From: a virus
Reading direction: 5' to 3' (one strand)
DNA length: 64,000 bases
IMG/VR virus record: IMGVR_UViG_3300045988_124082
The translations under genes and the position numbers were made by a program. A model generated the notes under the pieces. That model was not told the DNA's origin and did not search any database. It saw nothing but the letters and a program-made list of their open reading frames with translations. Positions 39,635-48,559 of this stretch are shown piece by piece (the stretch's first letter is position 1; every line of letters starts with the position of its first letter).

Positions 39635-39675
39635 AGCCTTAGATAGCCAGTAAAGGAAATCTAAGGCTTTTTTTG
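39635..39675 (+). terminator. rho-independent terminator
   Basis: AGCCTTAGATagccagtaaaggaaATCTAAGGCT followed by TTTTTTT. Confidence 0.65.
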
Positions 39676-39726
39676 TATCTATAAATATATTAATTCTTGT
39701 GGATGCACAAGAGAAAGGAAGAGCCT

Positions 39727-39999
39727 ATGGGATTAACAAAAAAAGAAATCTGTGAACGCTCAGAAACCATTGCATATTACAGTGGTTTATGTGGCGTAGA
39801 AGTGAAACAAATTACTTATGGAATTGAAGACTACATGTACTGTGAGTCTGGAGCTTGGGGTGGTGGTAAGAGCTATCACAAACTGAAAATCCAGACAGAC
39901 ATCAAAGGAAATATGTTCGTTAAATTACACGGGTATAGACTATTCTTAGATGAATTCATTCGTACAGGAAAGGAACAGACAAAGCTATGGGAACAATAA
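39727..39999 (+). CDS. hypothetical protein
   Basis: Start moved to MGLTKKEI behind AAGGAAG. Confidence 0.5.
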   Translation: MGLTKKEICERSETIAYYSGLCGVEVKQITYGIEDYMYCESGAWGGGKSYHKLKIQTDIKGNMFVKLHGYRLFLDEFIRTGKEQTKLWEQ

Positions 40000-40274
40000 C
40001 ATCTTTAACATTGTTTGAACAACAATGTATGGAACAAAAGATATTCAAACTGAAAACACTAAAAGATTTTGGTCATGCAACTTACAAAGGATTTACACTT
40101 CGCAATGGTTATAGATACGGAATCACAGAGGAAGACGGAATCCATGTTGCGACTTCAAACTGGCAGCAAGGGAATTTCATTTACATGTACTTCTACAATG
40201 AATTAACAAACCAGTGGGAAGGATTGTGGATTGACTTAGAAGACGTAGAAATTGTGGAAGAGAAAGGAAATTAA
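39987..40274 (+). CDS. hypothetical protein
   Basis: 95-aa ORF overlapping the upstream stop. Confidence 0.5.
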   Translation: MGTITSLTLFEQQCMEQKIFKLKTLKDFGHATYKGFTLRNGYRYGITEEDGIHVATSNWQQGNFIYMYFYNELTNQWEGLWIDLEDVEIVEEKGN

Positions 40275-40275
40275 G

Positions 40276-40728
40276 ATGGAAATTATAATTATTGCAAGTG
40301 CACTTTTTGGGATTATGACCGGATGGGTGTTAGGATACTCAATTAAAGAAGCTGAGGTAAAAGATACAAAGAACTTAGTCGATAATCTGAACAAGTTAAC
40401 CAGCAAAATAACCGAAGTCGAAAAGGAACTGGCAGAAACCAAAAAGGAAAGAGATTACGAAAAAAGCATGAACATTCATTGGTTCAATGAATATGAAAGA
40501 ATACGAGAAAAACATTATAGAGAAATGTCAAAACTCCGCCAGCAAACGGACTTTTTCGCAGCTGATGGAATAGACAAGTTTGTGGAAATGCGAAAACTAA
40601 AAAGCAAATGTTCAGAAGCTGTCAAGTATGCTATGAAAATGTCTCATCCAGACAACAATGGAAACGCCGAAGACTTTATGAAGTTCAGAAAGCTTTATAA
40701 AGAAATAACAGAGCAGAAAGGAAATTAA
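40276..40728 (+). CDS. membrane-anchored coiled-coil protein with J-domain-like HPD segment
   Basis: Transmembrane helix MEIIIIASALFGIMTGWVLGY. C-terminal AVKYAMKMSHPDNNGNAEDFMKFRKLYKEI resembles J-domain helices II-III with an HPD loop. Confidence 0.4.
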   Translation: MEIIIIASALFGIMTGWVLGYSIKEAEVKDTKNLVDNLNKLTSKITEVEKELAETKKERDYEKSMNIHWFNEYERIREKHYREMSKLRQQTDFFAADGIDKFVEMRKLKSKCSEAVKYAMKMSHPDNNGNAEDFMKFRKLYKEITEQKGN

Positions 40729-40729
40729 G

Positions 40730-41026
40730 ATGTGGGAAATTGGAGATAGAGTGGTTGTTACTAAAGCCCCAGGTAGAACAATTGTAGCTAAGCTAGGCTA
40801 CAAGGGAACAGTTATTGATGTAGTAGATACAAGCGTACTTGTTGAATTTGATAAATACATTGGTGGACATAGTGGAAGTTGGAGTTCTCGTAACGGAAAG
40901 TTCGGACATTGTTATTGGCTACATCAGCTTGACGATGCAGACACAATTGGGGCTTATGTAGACTTTGCTTTAAGAGAAGAAGACTGTGTGTGTAAGAAAC
41001 TTAAAAAGAAAAACAACTTCTACTAA
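40730..41026 (+). CDS. C-tail-tagged small protein 1 (family A, GDRV..GTV..VEFD..GGH..GHCYW)
   Basis: Ends ..KKKNNFY*. MWEIGDRVVV N-terminus. Confidence 0.7.
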   Translation: MWEIGDRVVVTKAPGRTIVAKLGYKGTVIDVVDTSVLVEFDKYIGGHSGSWSSRNGKFGHCYWLHQLDDADTIGAYVDFALREEDCVCKKLKKKNNFY

Positions 41027-41044
41027 AAGAAAGGCAGGGCAAAC

Positions 41045-41344
41045 ATGAGAGAACTTAAACTTGAAGATTGTAAAGTTGGGATGACTCTTAAGCTAAAGGA
41101 AGATTGTCCTTTTAGAAAGTATTGGGAAATAGATCCTAAGGAACCGGTAAAGTGCATTGTCCTAGAGGTGACCGAGAGTCAAATAGATAGCATTTTTGTA
41201 GATATCTACTATAAAAATGGGCGAAAATGTGTCCCGAGGAATTGGTATTTCTATACAGAAGATTCAATAATAGAGGCTAACGGTTATGAACTAATCTCAA
41301 AGAACTTAGAGTATCCGAACAAGCGAAAGAACAATTATTACTAA
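41045..41344 (+). CDS. C-tail-tagged small protein 2 (family B, ..EDC.VG..)
   Basis: Ends ..KRKNNYY*. The next SD starts right after the stop. Confidence 0.7.
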   Translation: MRELKLEDCKVGMTLKLKEDCPFRKYWEIDPKEPVKCIVLEVTESQIDSIFVDIYYKNGRKCVPRNWYFYTEDSIIEANGYELISKNLEYPNKRKNNYY

Positions 41345-41354
41345 GAGGTGTAAT

Positions 41355-41681
41355 ATGCAGAAAGAAAGAGAAATTCAATTTGAAGATTGTCATATTGGCG
41401 ATGTTTTTAAGTTAGATAGACGCTCGCCATGGGTTGTGGAATGGATAATGGAATCAAATGGATACATCCCTAGAGAAGAAATCACAGCAGAGATTGTACA
41501 TATGATAAATAATGGTGACGTCAAAGAAGTTGGAATAAATGTTTATATAGGTAAAGCTTCATATGATCATTATGATACTTCTTATCTCCGAGAGGGAAGT
41601 AGGTATAAGGAAGACAATCTTGAAATGAATCTTAAAATGAAAAATCGTATCAAAGCAGGAAGAAAGAACAATTATTATTAG
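41355..41681 (+). CDS. C-tail-tagged small protein 3 (family B)
   Basis: REIQFEDCHIGDVF. Ends ..GRKNNYY*. Confidence 0.7.
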   Translation: MQKEREIQFEDCHIGDVFKLDRRSPWVVEWIMESNGYIPREEITAEIVHMINNGDVKEVGINVYIGKASYDHYDTSYLREGSRYKEDNLEMNLKMKNRIKAGRKNNYY

Positions 41682-41691
41682 GAGTGGTTAT

Positions 41692-42000
41692 ATGAAGACA
41701 AAAGAAAGGGAAATTCGATTCGAAGATTGCCATGTTGGAGATGTACTTAGGTTAAAAACAAGATGTCCTTTTGTGGAATTTTACCTTACATCTGAAGAAA
41801 TTCCTGTAGCAAAAGAAGATAAGGTCACCGCAACAGTAGTTCACAAAGAAAAAGATATTCTTGATGTAATAGTACATATAAATGGAAAAAGATGTGAACT
41901 ATATTGGGATTGTTGGCTTACAAGTTCTACGGCTTATCGTGAACATAGTTTTCACATTAATGTCGATTCAAAGATTAATCGAAAGAACAACTATTATTAG
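41692..42000 (+). CDS. C-tail-tagged small protein 4 (family B)
   Basis: REIRFEDCHVGDVL. Ends ..NRKNNYY*. Confidence 0.7.
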   Translation: MKTKEREIRFEDCHVGDVLRLKTRCPFVEFYLTSEEIPVAKEDKVTATVVHKEKDILDVIVHINGKRCELYWDCWLTSSTAYREHSFHINVDSKINRKNNYY

Positions 42001-42025
42001 ATATAAGAGAAAGGAAAATAAGACT

Positions 42026-42319
42026 ATGGGATATTTTAAAGTAGGAGATAGAGTAGAAGTTATTAAAAGCCATACCGAGGATTCATGTATTGATCACTAT
42101 GCTCCTGTAGGGCTTAAAGGAACTGTAGTTTATACAGAACCGAGACGTTTGACAAGGCAAATAGCTGTTGAGTTTGATAAGTCTTTTAAAGAAGGACACG
42201 GTTGTGATGGAAAAGTAAGAGGTAAGCGAGGGCAGTGGTATGAATATGATCCACATTCCAATATATATTGGAAAAATTGCTTAAAAATCTTATCCAAAAA
42301 GAAAAACAACTATTACTAA
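42026..42319 (+). CDS. C-tail-tagged small protein 5 (family A)
   Basis: Start moved to MGYFKVGDRVEV behind AAAGGAAAA; the track start 41882 overlaps gene 4. Ends ..KKKNNYY*. Confidence 0.7.
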   Translation: MGYFKVGDRVEVIKSHTEDSCIDHYAPVGLKGTVVYTEPRRLTRQIAVEFDKSFKEGHGCDGKVRGKRGQWYEYDPHSNIYWKNCLKILSKKKNNYY

Positions 42320-42366
42320 AGGTATTTCAAAATCAGTGGAGTGATTTTTGTTAATACATGAAGAAA

Positions 42367-42391
42367 GGCGGGATTTATTCCCGTCTTTTTT
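42367..42391 (+). terminator. rho-independent terminator
   Basis: GGCGGGAtttatTCCCGTC followed by TTTTTT. Confidence 0.65.
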
Positions 42392-42412
42392 CAAAATAGA
42401 AAGGAAATTAAG

Positions 42413-42808
42413 ATGAGCAAATTTAGATATTTAAATGAAGAAGAAACAAAAGTGTTATTACAGGTAACAGAATGGTTAGATAATCATTTCTTTAGTCCAG
42501 AAAATAAATTCGATGAAGAATATTTTGAGAAATACATGAGAGCAATCATTGACAACACAAGAGAAATGTACGAAGCGGTATACATTTGTGTGAACACAAA
42601 ACCTGTAACTGTAATGATTTATGACTATGTGCTTGACATTATTATTACCGATGCACAAGTTGACAAAGAAGATAGAGAGATTGTAGAGATTGCCTTTACA
42701 ACTTGGTTAATAAACATGACAGATAAACCATTTGAAAAGATTTTTGAATGGATGATTGAAGAAAGTTACAGGGGAAGAAAAGGAAGAGAGGATGAAGATA
42801 ATGAATAG
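42413..42808 (+). CDS. hypothetical protein (untagged)
   Basis: 131-aa ORF with RBS GAAAGGAAA. Ends ..REDEDNE. Confidence 0.5.
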   Translation: MSKFRYLNEEETKVLLQVTEWLDNHFFSPENKFDEEYFEKYMRAIIDNTREMYEAVYICVNTKPVTVMIYDYVLDIIITDAQVDKEDREIVEIAFTTWLINMTDKPFEKIFEWMIEESYRGRKGREDEDNE

Positions 42809-42944
42809 ATTTGAAACAGTAATGAAGTTAATTTGTTGGATTGCAGCAGTGACATTGGCATGGATGCACGTTTCAATTGTTGCAGTGATTGCACTTGCAT
42901 TGGTTGGAACTTTTGGAAGCGAGGTTGATTTGAGTGCAAAGTAG
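42801..42944 (+). CDS. small membrane protein (47 aa)
   Basis: MNRFETVMKLICWIAAVTLAWMHVSIVAVIALALVGTF, with two hydrophobic segments. Confidence 0.4.
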   Translation: MNRFETVMKLICWIAAVTLAWMHVSIVAVIALALVGTFGSEVDLSAK

Positions 42945-43266
42945 AGAAACGAGAAGAAAAGTACACTTTGGAGATTGTCATGTAGGCGATGTTTTTGGAA
43001 TAGATAAAGATAGTCCTTATGTACGTAGAAAAAACAGCTTATATGATCTTGAACCATCAGATGTATTAAAGGCAAAAGTTATATATGTAGACAAAGAAGA
43101 TTCCTCCATTCGCATAAAGGCTTATGTAAATAATGAAGAGACTCCAAGATTTTCAGGTTGGCTTTACTCTTTGGTAAACAATTCAGGAATATTACTACAT
43201 AGGTCAGATTTGTTTATTGAGGACAATCTCAGATTCTTGTCAAAGAGAAAGAATAACTACTGGTAA
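42934..43266 (+). CDS. C-tail-tagged small protein 6 (family B)
   Basis: GTG start. KVHFGDCHVGDVF. Ends ..KRKNNYW*. Confidence 0.65.
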   Translation: MQSRETRRKVHFGDCHVGDVFGIDKDSPYVRRKNSLYDLEPSDVLKAKVIYVDKEDSSIRIKAYVNNEETPRFSGWLYSLVNNSGILLHRSDLFIEDNLRFLSKRKNNYW

Positions 43267-43280
43267 AGAGAGGTGTAAGG

Positions 43281-43598
43281 ATGGAAGAGAAAAGAAAAGT
43301 ATGCTTCGATGATTGCGAAGTTGGCATGTTTTTTAGGATCGATAAAGACTGTCCATGGATGTATGACAATGAGTGGATGGATGGTTTTGATACATTGACA
43401 AACGCAGATGAGTTAAAAGTTAAAATTATCGATAAAGATGCTGATGATAGCAGTGTTGAGATAGAACTTTGGGCAGATGGTCAAAAGACACATATAACAG
43501 ATTGGCTCTATCAGTTTGAAGACGATCCAGAAGACAGAATTGGAAATAACCTTGAGTTTATATTAAAGAGGAAAAATAGAAAAAATAACTATTGGTGA
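43281..43598 (+). CDS. C-tail-tagged small protein 7 (family B)
   Basis: KVCFDDCEVGMFF. Ends ..NRKNNYW*. Confidence 0.7.
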   Translation: MEEKRKVCFDDCEVGMFFRIDKDCPWMYDNEWMDGFDTLTNADELKVKIIDKDADDSSVEIELWADGQKTHITDWLYQFEDDPEDRIGNNLEFILKRKNRKNNYW

Positions 43599-43608
43599 GG
43601 TGGTGTAA

Positions 43609-43869
43609 ATGGATAATGAATTAAAAATTGGAATGAAGTTCTTAGAAGTAAAAACCGGAATTGTCTGGAAGCTTACAGATATGAATTTTATACAAGAAGG
43701 GTTTTATATAATAGACAAATCATTGTGTTTTCAAGCTGTACGTATAAATACAGACGAGGATGATGTATGGAGAAGTACATCGTCAATGATACCTAAGACA
43801 ATGCTCGAAAGAAGATTGAAAAAAGGCGAATGGAAACAAATAAACAATAGAAAAAACAATTACTATTGA
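43609..43869 (+). CDS. C-tail-tagged small protein 8 (family D)
   Basis: LKIGMKFLEVKTGIVWKLT. Ends ..NRKNNYY*. Confidence 0.7.
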   Translation: MDNELKIGMKFLEVKTGIVWKLTDMNFIQEGFYIIDKSLCFQAVRINTDEDDVWRSTSSMIPKTMLERRLKKGEWKQINNRKNNYY

Positions 43870-43891
43870 TTGATAGTAGAAAGGACATATT

Positions 43892-45025
43892 ATGGAGGAT
43901 TTAAGATTAGTAACAACAGAAGAATTTAATGGGGTTGATTGCAACTTTTACAAGGCAGATAGTAACATGTGGATGACAAGAGGACAGATTGGTAAAGCTT
44001 TAGGGTATCACAATCCAAGGATTGCAATCGGGAAAATACATACTGCACATAGAGATAGACTTGATCCACTTTCAGTTGATACCAATTTAGTGTCTACTGA
44101 TGGAAAAGAATATTCTACTTATATATATAATGAAAGAGGCATCTTTGAAATCTGTAGATGGTCAAGACAACCAAAAGCAAATGAATTTATGGATTGGGTA
44201 TGGGACATTATAGAAGCATATAGACGTGGAGAATTCCAGAGAAAGCCTAGGGAAACAGCCATTACACCTGTTGAGAAATTCTTAGATGGAATGCAGAATA
44301 TGTTCTTAGAAATGAGAGAAGAGAACAAAATATTCAAAGATACTGTGTTGAAGATTTTAGAATCTCAGCAAGGACAGGAAGTACAAAAACCTGTTGAAAA
44401 ACTTGAAGCTCAAGAGAAAACTGTTAATCAAGTAAAAACAAAACCAGCTGTTAAGTCAGTTGTTAAGATTGAAAACCCTAGATTAGACACTTGGAAGTTC
44501 GAAATTGGTGCTAAAGCAGCCTATATTGTTTTTAATGGAAATGAATATAAAACAAAAGGAAAAGTATTCTCAGCATGTTATTCAAAAATGAAGAATGTGT
44601 ATGGAATTTGTTGGTCACAGGAAAATAAAGAATACAGGAGAGCTTTCGGATTAGAATCTCAGAGAGGTAGATTAAGTACTTTAGATGTTGTATTCAATGA
44701 TGAAAATTTGAAAGACCTGTTTGACAGTATTCTTGATGGAATATATGAAAACACAAAAAGAAAAGCTATAAAGAGAAATACGGGAACCAATCCAGAAAAA
44801 GATTGGCAATATTATAAAGAAAAGATTCAAAAACTTTGTGAGCAAACAGGCAACAAAAGTTTAGGCGGAAGCTCTATTTACTCAGGAATCATTAGAAAGA
44901 TGGATGTAGATTGGAGCAAGTATGAAACAAACAAAAAGAAAACTGAATTAGTTAAAAAATATCCAGAGTTGTTTGCAGAGTTCTCTAAGACAGCGGATAA
45001 ATATTTAGAGGAGAAGTTAAAATGA
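43892..45025 (+). CDS. Bro-N domain protein
   Basis: N-terminal EEFNGVDCNFYKADSNMWMTRGQIGKALGYHNPRIAIGKIHTAHRDRL follows the Bro-N pattern. The C-terminal 250 aa are unassigned. Confidence 0.6.
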   Translation: MEDLRLVTTEEFNGVDCNFYKADSNMWMTRGQIGKALGYHNPRIAIGKIHTAHRDRLDPLSVDTNLVSTDGKEYSTYIYNERGIFEICRWSRQPKANEFMDWVWDIIEAYRRGEFQRKPRETAITPVEKFLDGMQNMFLEMREENKIFKDTVLKILESQQGQEVQKPVEKLEAQEKTVNQVKTKPAVKSVVKIENPRLDTWKFEIGAKAAYIVFNGNEYKTKGKVFSACYSKMKNVYGICWSQENKEYRRAFGLESQRGRLSTLDVVFNDENLKDLFDSILDGIYENTKRKAIKRNTGTNPEKDWQYYKEKIQKLCEQTGNKSLGGSSIYSGIIRKMDVDWSKYETNKKKTELVKKYPELFAEFSKTADKYLEEKLK

Positions 45026-45141
45026 GTATTAAAATTTTAGGACTTCGTCAAGATTGCTACAAAGTAATCATTGATGGAGTCCTTTTTAAATTCCCAACAG
45101 AACAAGAGTTTTTGGAATTCTTAGAGGAGATTGAGATATGA
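45022..45141 (+). CDS. small ORF (39 aa), translationally coupled on both sides
   Basis: Own translation MSIKILGLRQDCYKVIIDGVLFKFPTEQEFLEFLEEIEI*. ATGA overlaps at both ends. Confidence 0.4.
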   Translation: MSIKILGLRQDCYKVIIDGVLFKFPTEQEFLEFLEEIEI

Positions 45142-45416
45142 GTTTTAGATTTGAAGTAGGTCAAGAGCTGGAATTACACAATAACTTGACGGATATGAAA
45201 GTTTACATGAGATCGGGAACGGTTGTTCGTATCTTAAGTAGAAAAACAAGAATGGATCATACACAAGGGGTTGAGAGAAATCGTTACAAGATTGCATATG
45301 AATTTCATACAAGCTTTTTGGAGATTGGAGATGGTTGTTACCACTGTGGAAAAGACTTTATCTGGGAAGAAGATTTAATTAGAGCTGTCGGTCAACGGAA
45401 GAATAATTATTATTAA
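45138..45416 (+). CDS. C-tail-tagged small protein 9 (singleton family E)
   Basis: Ends ..QRKNNYY*. The body is unlike families A-D. Confidence 0.65.
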   Translation: MSFRFEVGQELELHNNLTDMKVYMRSGTVVRILSRKTRMDHTQGVERNRYKIAYEFHTSFLEIGDGCYHCGKDFIWEEDLIRAVGQRKNNYY

Positions 45417-45428
45417 GAGGTGATTAAA

Positions 45429-45698
45429 ATGTGGAAAGTCGGAGATAGAGTCGTAATTATTCAAGATGCTAGAAGAAATTTAGAATCCTTTGTAGGTTTC
45501 AAGGGAACGGTTAACTTTGCAAGTAGAGATGAGATAAGTGTAGTTTTTGACAAATATGTAAACGGTCATGACTTACTAGGGGATTGTAAAAAAGGTTATG
45601 GATGGTTTTTGTCCTCAGACGGAGAGAACGAAAACGAAGCCGAAGCAAATGGAATGAGAGTCAAGAAAATTAACAACAGAAAAAATAATTATTGGTAG
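45429..45698 (+). CDS. C-tail-tagged small protein 10 (family A)
   Basis: MWKVGDRVVI behind GAGGTG. Ends ..NRKNNYW*. Confidence 0.7.
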   Translation: MWKVGDRVVIIQDARRNLESFVGFKGTVNFASRDEISVVFDKYVNGHDLLGDCKKGYGWFLSSDGENENEAEANGMRVKKINNRKNNYW

Positions 45699-45707
45699 GT
45701 GATAGGA

Positions 45708-45980
45708 ATGTGGGAAAAAGGTACAAGAGTTAGAATTATAAAATCAAACAGACTTATGACGCAAGTTGGTATCATGGGCACTGTGGTTTACATACATAAG
45801 GATGGAAATGATCGTTTTATAGTAGAGTTTGACGAACCTATGGATGGGAATTATATGACTACTTTTTGTGATTGCAAACCGAAGTGTTGGTGGTGGTTTG
45901 ATAATGTTCCGGGGAGAGTTGTTGAAACAGATGGTATAACAATTGAAAAAATAGGAAAAAGAAAAAACAATTATTACTAA
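45708..45980 (+). CDS. C-tail-tagged small protein 11 (family A)
   Basis: MWEKGTRVRII. Ends ..KRKNNYY*. Confidence 0.7.
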   Translation: MWEKGTRVRIIKSNRLMTQVGIMGTVVYIHKDGNDRFIVEFDEPMDGNYMTTFCDCKPKCWWWFDNVPGRVVETDGITIEKIGKRKNNYY

Positions 45981-45992
45981 GGCGGTGAGAAC

Positions 45993-46340
45993 ATGTGGGA
46001 AATTGGAGATAGAGTGGCTGTTACAGACTTAGGCAAAGTCTCTCAAGAGAATTATGGAATTGAAATAAAGATTGGATACAAGGGAACTATTATCAACTTT
46101 TTAAAGATTGATGTCCCATGGAATTCTGATGAGATAATTAAATTCTTAGTAGAGTTTGACGAACCCATGGATGGACATGATGGAAATGATTTCGGTAAAA
46201 TAAGTGGGAAATCGGGACACTGTTGGTGGATGCGTGGAAACCAAGATAGTAATTTAATCAAATGGCGAGATAGCCGGGATTGTGAAGCACCATTAATATG
46301 TAAGAAAATCATGAAGAAAAGGAAAAACAATTTTTACTAA
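45993..46340 (+). CDS. C-tail-tagged small protein 12 (family A)
   Basis: MWEIGDRVAV..VEFDEPMDGHDG..GHCWW. Ends ..KRKNNFY*. Confidence 0.7.
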   Translation: MWEIGDRVAVTDLGKVSQENYGIEIKIGYKGTIINFLKIDVPWNSDEIIKFLVEFDEPMDGHDGNDFGKISGKSGHCWWMRGNQDSNLIKWRDSRDCEAPLICKKIMKKRKNNFY

Positions 46341-46355
46341 AAGGAGAATAAAGAA

Positions 46356-46946
46356 ATGTTTAAAGTTGGAGATAGTATTAAGATAACAAAAACAAAGATG
46401 GTTAATGATGGAATATTGGTAATAAATGATCGTTATATTCGGTTATGGTCTGTTTATGGAAAAGTAAAAAATCAACAGGAAGACGAAAAAGGTACTAAAA
46501 GCTTTATTGTAACTTTTGATAGTTGGAAAGAATTATTGGATAATGGGGATGGGGTATATAAAGAAGCGACAAATGAATGTGGATTAAATATAGTTATGTC
46601 AGAGAAAGGTGAAATATTTGATTCGGATGGAAAAGTTGTTGTTTGGTGTGAAAAACACTTACCATGGAAAGAGATAGAGGAAGGGGAAACCTATAAAATA
46701 AAACCAAATTCACGCTTATGTAAAGAAGTATTAGAATGGGTTGAATATAAATCAAAAGCTGAATTAAAAATAGACCCGAATGAACTGACTGCTATGGTTA
46801 AACACACAAATATTGCCCAGGGGCTTCTCTTAGCAGTTGTTGTTCCTCTTGTCAATGGTAAGAGAGTTACTGAACGTGGTTGGGAATTGTTTGAAAACAA
46901 TTATTCAGATCAACTTAACATAGATGACAGCATTGAAGAGTTATAA
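46356..46946 (+). CDS. hypothetical protein with family-A-like N-terminus, untagged
   Basis: MFKVGDSIKITK.., 196 aa, ends ..DDSIEEL. Confidence 0.5.
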   Translation: MFKVGDSIKITKTKMVNDGILVINDRYIRLWSVYGKVKNQQEDEKGTKSFIVTFDSWKELLDNGDGVYKEATNECGLNIVMSEKGEIFDSDGKVVVWCEKHLPWKEIEEGETYKIKPNSRLCKEVLEWVEYKSKAELKIDPNELTAMVKHTNIAQGLLLAVVVPLVNGKRVTERGWELFENNYSDQLNIDDSIEEL

Positions 46947-46958
46947 ATGATTTTTATT

Positions 46959-46986
46959 AAAAGCACAGGTTTTACTTGTGCTTTTT
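46959..46986 (+). terminator. rho-independent terminator
   Basis: AAAAGCACAggttttactTGTGCTTTTT. Confidence 0.65.
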
Positions 46987-47147
46987 ACATTGTATAGGAT
47001 GACCAAACATTGGTTGTCTTATAGAGTGTAAAAGCTCTAAATTACATATCTAAAATACATAACACTGCAAATTAATGGCTAGGGCAGGATCGTGTGTAAG
47101 AGATACATAGCTACAATAATATTTTATAAAAGAAAAGGAGAAACAAA

Positions 47148-47513
47148 ATGAAAGTAGTAATCGCAGAAAACAGATTAGAGGTAGTAACAGGAATCAAAAA
47201 GGCAGACTTCGACAAACAGGTAACAGACATGACTGTTAAAGATGACAAAGGAAATGTGACATTTAAGTTAAAAGTTGGAGAACAGCCTAACATTTCAGTA
47301 CTTGGTTTAACTTGCAACACAACTGTTGACAAAGAGTTAGCGGTAACAATGATTCTTCCAATGGAAACAGATGTTGAAGAAATCAAAATCAAGTATGGTA
47401 AGGCTTTAGTAGCAGCTGAAAAGAATCTGAAAGTAATTGCTGACAGAATCGTAGCAGATACAGAAGCAGTTGATGGAATCTTTGCAGACACAGAAGAAGC
47501 AACAGAAGCCTAG
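47148..47513 (+). CDS. hypothetical protein, paralogue 1 of 48018..48362
   Basis: 121 aa with strong RBS AAAAGGAGAAAC. About 55% identical by eye to the 114-aa paralogue. Confidence 0.6.
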   Translation: MKVVIAENRLEVVTGIKKADFDKQVTDMTVKDDKGNVTFKLKVGEQPNISVLGLTCNTTVDKELAVTMILPMETDVEEIKIKYGKALVAAEKNLKVIADRIVADTEAVDGIFADTEEATEA

Positions 47514-47569
47514 GAACAGCCTTGAGTAAAGGTAAAACAATATAATCTAATATTAATTCATTCACTTAT

Positions 47570-47596
47570 AGGACGTCTCCCAAGGGCGTCCTTTTT
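47570..47596 (+). terminator. rho-independent terminator
   Basis: AGGACGtctcccaagggCGTCCT followed by TTTT. Confidence 0.65.
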
Positions 47597-47641
47597 AGTT
47601 ACACATTTACATATTCAGGAGATTAAAAGGAGAACAAAATT

Positions 47642-47881
47642 ATGATGATCAATGTAACATTAGCAACAACAGCAGGTAAAAGTCTTGTAACAGTAGAAGG
47701 AAACCAGACTCCATCACAAGTACTTGAAGAGAACAGCGTAGCAACAACAGGAGCTACTGTATCACTCAATATGAGACCACTTGCAGATAATGAAAAAGGT
47801 AAAACTTTTGAAGAATTAGGATGCACAGATGGTGATTCCGTAATGTTATCAGCAGTTGTAAAAGCAGACTCAGCAATGTAG
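47642..47881 (+). CDS. 79-aa ThiS/MoaD/ubiquitin-like (beta-grasp) candidate, copy 1
   Basis: The size and the C-terminal pattern ..LGCTDGDSVMLSAVVKADSAM parallel ThiS ..VQDGDQILLFQVIAGG. No terminal GG. Confidence 0.4.
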   Translation: MMINVTLATTAGKSLVTVEGNQTPSQVLEENSVATTGATVSLNMRPLADNEKGKTFEELGCTDGDSVMLSAVVKADSAM

Positions 47882-48017
47882 TAGTAAATCAAATTAGATA
47901 GTAAATATTGAAAATCATAACGCCATGGGAAGTAATAAATTAGATGGGACAGGATGATTTGAGATTTTACATATAAAGAAACTTAAAAAAATCAATGAAT
48001 TAAAAAGGAGAACAAAC

Positions 48018-48362
48018 ATGAAAGTATCATTAAAAGAAAACGCATTAGAAATCAACACAGAAATCAAAAAAGCTGACTTTGACAAGAAAGTAAGCAACAT
48101 GACAGTAACAAACAAAGATGGTGTACCAACATTTGTTTTACGCTGTGGAAGAGAGGGAGAAATTTCTCAGTTAGGACTTACATGTAACTCTACAATTGAC
48201 AAGAACTTAGCTGTAACAATTGTGTTGCCTCCAGAAACAAAAATGGAAGACATCAAAGTTGAATATGGTAAAGCCCTTGTAAATGCAGAAAAGGGATTAA
48301 AAGTCCTTGCTGGGAGAATTGAAGCCGATACGAAAGCTATTGATGCGATTTTTGCGGAATAG
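48018..48362 (+). CDS. hypothetical protein, paralogue 2 of 47148..47513
   Basis: 114 aa with RBS AAAAGGAGAAC. Confidence 0.6.
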   Translation: MKVSLKENALEINTEIKKADFDKKVSNMTVTNKDGVPTFVLRCGREGEISQLGLTCNSTIDKNLAVTIVLPPETKMEDIKVEYGKALVNAEKGLKVLAGRIEADTKAIDAIFAE

Positions 48363-48466
48363 AAAGTAAAATAATATCTAATGTAATTTCACAACAAACA
48401 GGGACAGTCAACCCAATAAGTCCTACGAGTAACTGTTAACCAAGCAAAATATTTTCTCTTTCGACT

Positions 48467-48510
48467 CAAAAGCTTTGCAGGTAGGGGTTGGACAGCAAAG
48501 CTTTTGTTTT
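48467..48510 (+). terminator. rho-independent terminator
   Basis: CAAAAGCTTTGCaggtaggggttggacaGCAAAGCTTTTG followed by TTTT. Confidence 0.7.
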
Positions 48511-48559
48511 AGTAACTATAGAACACAAGTATTAAAAGGATATAAAGGAGAACAAAATT

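Noticed and set aside
41882-42319. A 145-aa ORF as given in the track.
   Set aside because: Its first 48 codons overlap tagged gene 4 in another frame. A good RBS and the family A N-terminus (MGYFKVGDRVEV) begin at 42026.
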